Assembly (NCBI GenBank): GCA_965242865.1
Contig: CBDETK010000013.1
Location: 5,440,001 to 5,504,000, forward strand
Direction of reading: 5' to 3'
DNA from: Candidatus Latescibacterota bacterium
GTDB lineage: Bacteria > Latescibacterota > UBA2968 > UBA8231
Length of the DNA: 64,000 nt
Below are positions 58,441 through 64,000 of this stretch, in pieces; the stretch's first letter is position 1; each line of letters starts with the position of its first letter. The translations under genes were made by a program, and so were the position numbers. The notes beneath the pieces are model-generated. The model saw only the letters and a list, made by a program, of their open reading frames with translations. It was not told where the DNA came from and did no database searches.

Positions 58441-61400
58441 ATGAAGCCACTCTACTTTACCGCCTGTGCTCCTCATCCAAAGGTCGCGCCTGCCTTAGCG
58501 TCCCAAGTCCAGGAAAGCCTACGTCCTTACACTGCGTATCTGAGATCTGCGCTTGATGCTGCTAAAAAGCGCGAGTCGCGGTCTGTGTGTCGGTGGGAGC
58601 CTGTCCCGCAAGAGTATCCACTTCGAATTACCCCTATGGACTCGCTCTTGGCAGTGGAAGCCGAGGGGTATAACTACCGGCTCGAAGGCTGGTCGGGCGA
58701 CGCGCCGGATATGCCGTTATTCGTCGGAGACCAGTACCGGCCGATGGTCCCCAAGCGCGTTGAGCGAGTTGACGACGGATTGCTCCTCGTTCTAGACAGC
58801 GAGGTTGACCCGGACGACCGGATATTCTGGGAGGGCGAGCCTTGCACATTAACGCCCGCAGAGTCGATCTGGCCGGCTAAGTTGGTTGCACGGCGCGACG
58901 ACGGTACCGTCGCGTCCCTGTTCCAACGCAGGGAAGAAGCCAAGCGCGTTGTTTTGGTCGTAGAGGGCTGTGCTCCTGTTGTTCTCGAGGACGAGCGTGG
59001 CACCGAGCTACCCCATCGGGTGACCGAGCCACATGAAGGTGCCACGCGCCTTCGCGTCGGCAGAGAGGAGATTTCTTGGAACGGTCAACGAACCCTGACG
59101 CTGGAGGAACCGCCAGACCAAGACTTTCTCCTCGCCGACAACGGCGTCCGGTGGGCGTGGGCGGACGACGGTGGACGTGGGCGGCGACAGCGCGGGGTCT
59201 GGATTCAACTCCTGCCCCCTGACGAGGTGGATAGCGAGGCGGCCTTGGATATTCGGACAGCATACATGGAGGAAGGCGTTCGCGAAGTCCGTACGAAAAA
59301 AGGCAACAACCCGCAGCATGCCTTCAAGGTTTGGGGATTCCAGCGCGATAATTATCGGCTCGAATTAGATCGGCTCCCACCCGAGGGATCGACATTTTTC
59401 ATCCCGTCCAGCACTTCGGGCCTACAACGCCAGCGGCAGGCAGTGTTCCGTTTTAAGGACAACCCACTGCCCCACCACGGCCCTCTCCTAAGGCTTTGTG
59501 AAGCACCGGATAAGGTCCATTGGCCAAAGTTCCGACCAAAGGAAAAGGACGTTTCCCACTGGTATTTGCTCAACGACGAGCATTGGTGGGGCACTAGCCA
59601 GCAACGGGAGTTCGTAGAAAAGGCCCTTGGTACGCCGGACTTCGCGTTTCTCGAAGGGCCGCCTGGGTCGGGTAAAACCCATGCCATTTGTGAGTTGGTG
59701 CTCCAGTTCATCGACCGGGGACTGAATGTGTTGCTCTGCTCTACGACCCATGTCGCCGTGGACAACGTACTGGAGCGACTCGTCGGTGATGGCGAGTTTG
59801 AGCAAGTTGAAGCCGTGCGGATCGGGCTTGCAGACCGAGTGGACCAAACCATCCGCACTGTACAGATTGATGAACGCATCTCGGCCTTGGTGGAGACTTG
59901 GCGTGACGTTGGAACCTTCGCCGACTTGGATACCGCCGACTTGGAGCGAGTCGCCGAGGCGACAATCCTCTCGTCCGTGAACCTGACGTGCGGCACCTCC
60001 ACAGGCATCCTCGCGCATCCCTACATCCGCCGGTCAGACGCCGGGCGCGACAACGATACCGGCCCGAGTTGGCCCTACTTTGATGTTTTGATCATTGACG
60101 AGGCCAGCAAGACGACCTTCCAAGAATTTCTGGTCCCCGCCCAACTCGCCCGCAAGTGGATCGTAGTCGGCGATGTGCGGCAACTGCCTCCCTTCTCTGA
60201 GCCTAAAGATCTCGAAGCGAGTATTGCCGAAGTCAGCGACGCGAACGACGCAATGCTCTCGGACGCCCAGCAAGCGGCACTGCTGATCTTGTTCCGCCTC
60301 CAACGACCGGAAGCGGGGGTTAGACGGGTCAGATGGTTGATTGAGGAGTCGAACGATGTGCTTGATGCGCTTAGTGCGGAAATCGAGGCTCGGACCCACA
60401 CACCCGAGATCGTGCGCGTTGTCCAAGGCCGGTCCGTGGGGAATAAAGTATCCATCGCCGATATTGAGGCCGGTCAACCTGTGGCACTGCATTTATTAGC
60501 GGCCGATTGGATTCTCTTTCCACCTAAGTTGCGAAATCGCCTCGCGCCTTATCTGCCGCCGGATGGGCTTGCGTTGCGCGACTGGGGCCCGGATTCTGCC
60601 CGTGCGTACCAATTTGTACGCTGGCTTGAGCAACGAGGCCGCTTCAAAAATCCCGTGCGAGAGCAACGGCGTCAGTTCCAAACTGCCGATGAGTTGGCTG
60701 CCCGCCAGCGGGGTTTTCTGCGCGAGGAGTCTTGGGCCAAGCAGGTATCGTGGCGGCTTGGGAGGGTTCATCAACTTGCCAGTGCTCGAGACGAGCGACA
60801 GAGTAAACGACGCCAAGATGAAGTTGATAGCCTTATGCCCGCCGTGGAACCCTACTCTAAATGGGTGCCCCTAGCCATTGACGCAATCCGAGATGTCGGA
60901 GTTCGCAGTGTAATTGAGTCCTTCCGGGTGCGTAGGAGCAACCATCGGGTTCGCCGCCTGAGCGCCCTCACCGAGGCACTTCCAACGCATGTTTGGAATG
61001 AGCGGGCGGTACTGATCGAGTACCAGCACCGTATGCACCCGGACATCTCAAAGTTTCCGAGAGAGCAGTTCTATGAGGGAGTGGCACTGAAGGACGCAAA
61101 CACCCTTGATGGGCGCGACAAACGGGACGGTTGGTCCTTCATGCCCAAGGTGCCCGCACGACGAGTGTGGGTGGATGTGCGTGGCCACGAGGAACGCGGC
61201 GTCAACCAAGCTGAGATCAAAGCTATGCAGAGTTGGTTGGAGACTTGGCGGGATTACGCTAAAACTCACCCGAGAACCGATGGCAAGCCTTGGACAGTGG
61301 CCTGCCTCTCGTTCTACCATCGGCAGGAATTGGAGACGCGAAACATGCTCCGGCGACTCACCAGAGTGCAGCGTGCGGAGACGCGCTTCGCGCTTCCCAA

Positions 61401-61641
61401 CACGACGATTGTATGCGCGACGGTTGACCGCTTCCAAGGCCGAGAGGCCGACCTCGTGTTGCTGAGTCTCAGAAACACCTCTCGACCAGGGCACATGGAC
61501 AGCCCCAATAGGCTCAATGTCGGGGTCACTCGCGCCCGGTTTCTGCTCGTCATCTTAGGTCGCCGGAAGTACTTCGCCGATTGTCCATCCGAGGAACTCA
61601 ACGCGCTTGCAAACGCCACGCCGTTGTTCAGTCTTGCTTGA
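58441..61641 (+). CDS. SF1 (Upf1/DNA2-like, AAA_11/AAA_12) helicase
   Basis: EGPPGSGKT, IIDEASK, VGDVRQLPP, QHRMHP, TVDRFQGREAD, NRLNVGVTRAR. Confidence 0.9.
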   Translation: MKPLYFTACAPHPKVAPALASQVQESLRPYTAYLRSALDAAKKRESRSVCRWEPVPQEYPLRITPMDSLLAVEAEGYNYRLEGWSGDAPDMPLFVGDQYRPMVPKRVERVDDGLLLVLDSEVDPDDRIFWEGEPCTLTPAESIWPAKLVARRDDGTVASLFQRREEAKRVVLVVEGCAPVVLEDERGTELPHRVTEPHEGATRLRVGREEISWNGQRTLTLEEPPDQDFLLADNGVRWAWADDGGRGRRQRGVWIQLLPPDEVDSEAALDIRTAYMEEGVREVRTKKGNNPQHAFKVWGFQRDNYRLELDRLPPEGSTFFIPSSTSGLQRQRQAVFRFKDNPLPHHGPLLRLCEAPDKVHWPKFRPKEKDVSHWYLLNDEHWWGTSQQREFVEKALGTPDFAFLEGPPGSGKTHAICELVLQFIDRGLNVLLCSTTHVAVDNVLERLVGDGEFEQVEAVRIGLADRVDQTIRTVQIDERISALVETWRDVGTFADLDTADLERVAEATILSSVNLTCGTSTGILAHPYIRRSDAGRDNDTGPSWPYFDVLIIDEASKTTFQEFLVPAQLARKWIVVGDVRQLPPFSEPKDLEASIAEVSDANDAMLSDAQQAALLILFRLQRPEAGVRRVRWLIEESNDVLDALSAEIEARTHTPEIVRVVQGRSVGNKVSIADIEAGQPVALHLLAADWILFPPKLRNRLAPYLPPDGLALRDWGPDSARAYQFVRWLEQRGRFKNPVREQRRQFQTADELAARQRGFLREESWAKQVSWRLGRVHQLASARDERQSKRRQDEVDSLMPAVEPYSKWVPLAIDAIRDVGVRSVIESFRVRRSNHRVRRLSALTEALPTHVWNERAVLIEYQHRMHPDISKFPREQFYEGVALKDANTLDGRDKRDGWSFMPKVPARRVWVDVRGHEERGVNQAEIKAMQSWLETWRDYAKTHPRTDGKPWTVACLSFYHRQELETRNMLRRLTRVQRAETRFALPNTTIVCATVDRFQGREADLVLLSLRNTSRPGHMDSPNRLNVGVTRARFLLVILGRRKYFADCPSEELNALANATPLFSLA

Positions 61642-61650
61642 AAGGAAACA

Positions 61651-62754
61651 ATGAAAGCTAGCCTCAAAAAAGAAGTCGAGATTCGAGACATCGCGGTATT
61701 TGCAGAACTCGCCGTATGGGAGGAGAGACCGGACCTTCAGAGCCTGTGCGTCGCGGCTCAGGATCAAGGTGTCCTCAACGAGGCCGCGGTTGATACCGTC
61801 CTACCGGGGCTGTCGCCGCGTGCTCAGAAGAACCTGTTGCGCCACTTGGGCTACATTCAACTTGTTGATCAAAACGGAGCACTGACCGCCCTCGGACGCC
61901 GTTGTGCATCGTCGGGCGAGGCCCCGGCTTGGGAGCAGGGTGTATATCGCCTGCTCGTGGCATCCCATCCTCTCTTTGATAGCCATGTCCTCGATTTCAG
62001 ACGCGCCCCCGGCGATTGGCGCGACCGCGACTTTGACAACCACGAGCCGCTTCCGGCAGGGGTCTCGGCTAAACGCGACAGGGTGTTCACGTCGGTATTC
62101 CAGTCTAAGCGATTCAACGTATCGAAGTTTCCGGCAGCACAAGGCCAAAATCCGGTCTGCCGCATTGAAGGTACGACCAAGGGAACGTTGCAGTGGGATA
62201 TCGACCTCGCGTCGGGCGACAACGAGTGGACGATTGAAGGACAGGTGAGCGGAGATAGGAACCGGCGCGGCAAGTTCCAGTCCGCGCCTGAGTCGGTGGA
62301 GCCGGATGAGTTGGTCGATATTTTCGCGGACTGGGAGCCGCAGCACTGGGATGTGCGAATGGGTCGCCTCGCCATGGCGTATGACGGCAAGATTGGGCAG
62401 GGCGGACGCGAGTCGTTTCTGCGGTCCCGGAAGTACAAAAATAAGCAGGTCAAGAGTTTTGGCTCGTTTGATGAGGTCGTAGTCCGAGATGTACCGGTCG
62501 GCCCGGCGACGAAGGAGGATGCTCGTACTTGGGCAACTGCCATCCTCATCGCTCAAGCCAAGGCCGAGGACAAATACATAGTGCCCGACACTTATCAGTC
62601 GGATTGGTCAAACATTATCGACGGTACTCCACTGGCAAAGTGGGCTGGGGATGCCCCCGATCCGGTGGCACTCTCCGAGGTGAACGGTCGCCCCCTCGCT
62701 GACCGGATGAGGTGGTTGCTCGCCGCGGGGACCGATCTAGAAATGGAGGCATGA
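61651..62754 (+). CDS. Hypothetical protein with N-terminal winged-helix-like segment
   Basis: 367 aa; LRHLGYIQLVDQNGALTALGR wing-like motif; 9 nt after helicase. Confidence 0.7.
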   Translation: MKASLKKEVEIRDIAVFAELAVWEERPDLQSLCVAAQDQGVLNEAAVDTVLPGLSPRAQKNLLRHLGYIQLVDQNGALTALGRRCASSGEAPAWEQGVYRLLVASHPLFDSHVLDFRRAPGDWRDRDFDNHEPLPAGVSAKRDRVFTSVFQSKRFNVSKFPAAQGQNPVCRIEGTTKGTLQWDIDLASGDNEWTIEGQVSGDRNRRGKFQSAPESVEPDELVDIFADWEPQHWDVRMGRLAMAYDGKIGQGGRESFLRSRKYKNKQVKSFGSFDEVVVRDVPVGPATKEDARTWATAILIAQAKAEDKYIVPDTYQSDWSNIIDGTPLAKWAGDAPDPVALSEVNGRPLADRMRWLLAAGTDLEMEA

Positions 62755-64000
62755 TGCGTCGCGGACCGATTCAACCCGAAGATAAACAGGAATGGATTGA
62801 CCAGAGGGAGAAAGAGCTTTCGCTTTGGGAGCAGGGCAAGAAGGGTACGCAAATTGACCTTCCTTGGACCGAATTGAGCAGCCCCGACTCCCTCAATGAT
62901 GTGCAGTCGCTCGTGGCGAATGCTCGTAGCGTCATCCTTGCCATCGGTACGACAACAACCTCGCGCAAATTGATTGACGCTGTCTTACAATATCTTCCTG
63001 CACAATGCCGGCTCTATGTTTACGGAGCTAGTGACCTTGAGACCGAATTGGTTCAAAAGATCGCGGGCATGGGCGACCGAGTCCTCGCTCGCTTGGGGCA
63101 CCGTCCACCTGCCGACTGGCTCATCGTTGATAAAGGGCGCGCCGGACGCCTTATCGTAGGGCCTACCGCCGAGCACCAAAAATGGGTGCTCCCCGTCAGC
63201 GGCGACTTAGCAAGATCGCTGTTCGAGGCATTTTGTGTGCTATTCTGGTTTCACGCAACGAGCGAAGCCCTGCCGGACGATAACGGCAATGTCGCCTTCC
63301 GGCCTCCGCTGGCGGCTCCGTTCAAAGACCCCGGTCCCGACATCCCACTCCCGGCTGGTCGGCTCCTCCTTGGCGGAGAACTCGACGATCCAGTTTCTGA
63401 CGCCGAGTTCCGAATTTCACCGAACGCTTCGGATCCCGGACATGCGCGGGTGCTGTTCATCCCTCCCACTGACGACCTGGCGAGCGGCGGGACAGGTCGC
63501 CCTGTCGATCTCGAGCTTCCGACGGCACTCTGTCGCCGGGGTCACCGAGTGCTGTGGGTTGATACCGGTCTTCCGAGGACGACGGTTACACGTCAGCGCA
63601 TGGTTATGAACCTCGTGGAAGCCCCGATTGCACTCCAAATTGAATGGCCAGCCGCCACAGCAATAGACTTCCTCCACCGTTTTGAACGTGCGGCGAAACA
63701 ACCCGCTTGGGAGTTCCATCCAGCGCGGCGGCTCGACGCTATTAAGGGCGAGGTGCTACTGAACGGGGCGACGCAACCCGCCAAGATCGCTCCCTCTGTC
63801 TCGCTGGACGCTGGCGATGTGGACGCACCACTGCTGGACTTCGACTCTGCCCGCCCCGCTCGCTTGCCCGATGTCCCGCCCCTCGCCTTGGAAGCGGCTA
63901 TCAAGTGGCGACTAGTACCGGCTACTTTGCCGCGGGGTGCCCGCCGCGCCGAGATCGTCCGCCACTGGACAGCGGTGGATGAGTGGACATCGCGGACAGT
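62751..64000 (+). CDS. Hypothetical protein, possible degenerate PLD fold, truncated at right edge
   Basis: Not in ORF track. ATGA overlap with previous stop; open by manual translation (MMRRGPIQPEDKQEWIDQRE...RLYVY...GHRPPADWLIVD...FCVLFWFHA...) to window end. Confidence 0.7.
   Translation, partial: MMRRGPIQPEDKQEWIDQREKELSLWEQGKKGTQIDLPWTELSSPDSLNDVQSLVANARSVILAIGTTTTSRKLIDAVLQYLPAQCRLYVYGASDLETELVQKIAGMGDRVLARLGHRPPADWLIVDKGRAGRLIVGPTAEHQKWVLPVSGDLARSLFEAFCVLFWFHATSEALPDDNGNVAFRPPLAAPFKDPGPDIPLPAGRLLLGGELDDPVSDAEFRISPNASDPGHARVLFIPPTDDLASGGTGRPVDLELPTALCRRGHRVLWVDTGLPRTTVTRQRMVMNLVEAPIALQIEWPAATAIDFLHRFERAAKQPAWEFHPARRLDAIKGEVLLNGATQPAKIAPSVSLDAGDVDAPLLDFDSARPARLPDVPPLALEAAIKWRLVPATLPRGARRAEIVRHWTAVDEWTSRT

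Overview
High-GC bacterial chromosomal window. The gene content resembles Ca. Latescibacterota/Gemmatimonadota/Poribacteria-type, often sponge-associated, genomes (inference only): tandem FlgD-Ig secreted proteins, CRTAC1/ASPIC FG-GAP proteins, PhyH dioxygenase, a DUF6785 transporter and BMC vertex genes. Backbone genes (1-25.8 kb and 50.4-58.2 kb) flank a ~24.5 kb, entirely minus-strand defence island (25.9-50.4 kb). The island is built on a decayed DUF499 ATPase / DUF1156 methyltransferase / SNF2-DUF3883 helicase restriction-like (BREX-related) scaffold. Cargo includes an Abi/DRT-type reverse transcriptase, a PHP-ATPase (Ppl-like), a low-GC SIR2-STAND-TPR protein, two AlbA_2 proteins, duplicated MNT-HEPN pairs, a Clp-fold protease and ABC-ATPase pairs. 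The most striking feature is that cargo cassettes are separated by short diverged copies of the scaffold genes' own termini: three extra copies of the methylase 3' end, one of its 5' end, and an orphan helicase 3' end. No integrase or transposase is visible. Several toxin/nuclease partner genes are reduced to start+end remnants. A second candidate defence operon (SF1 helicase + unknown + PLD-like fold) begins at 58.4 kb and runs off the window. No tRNA, rRNA or CRISPR array was seen. All family assignments come from motif recognition by eye, not database searches.
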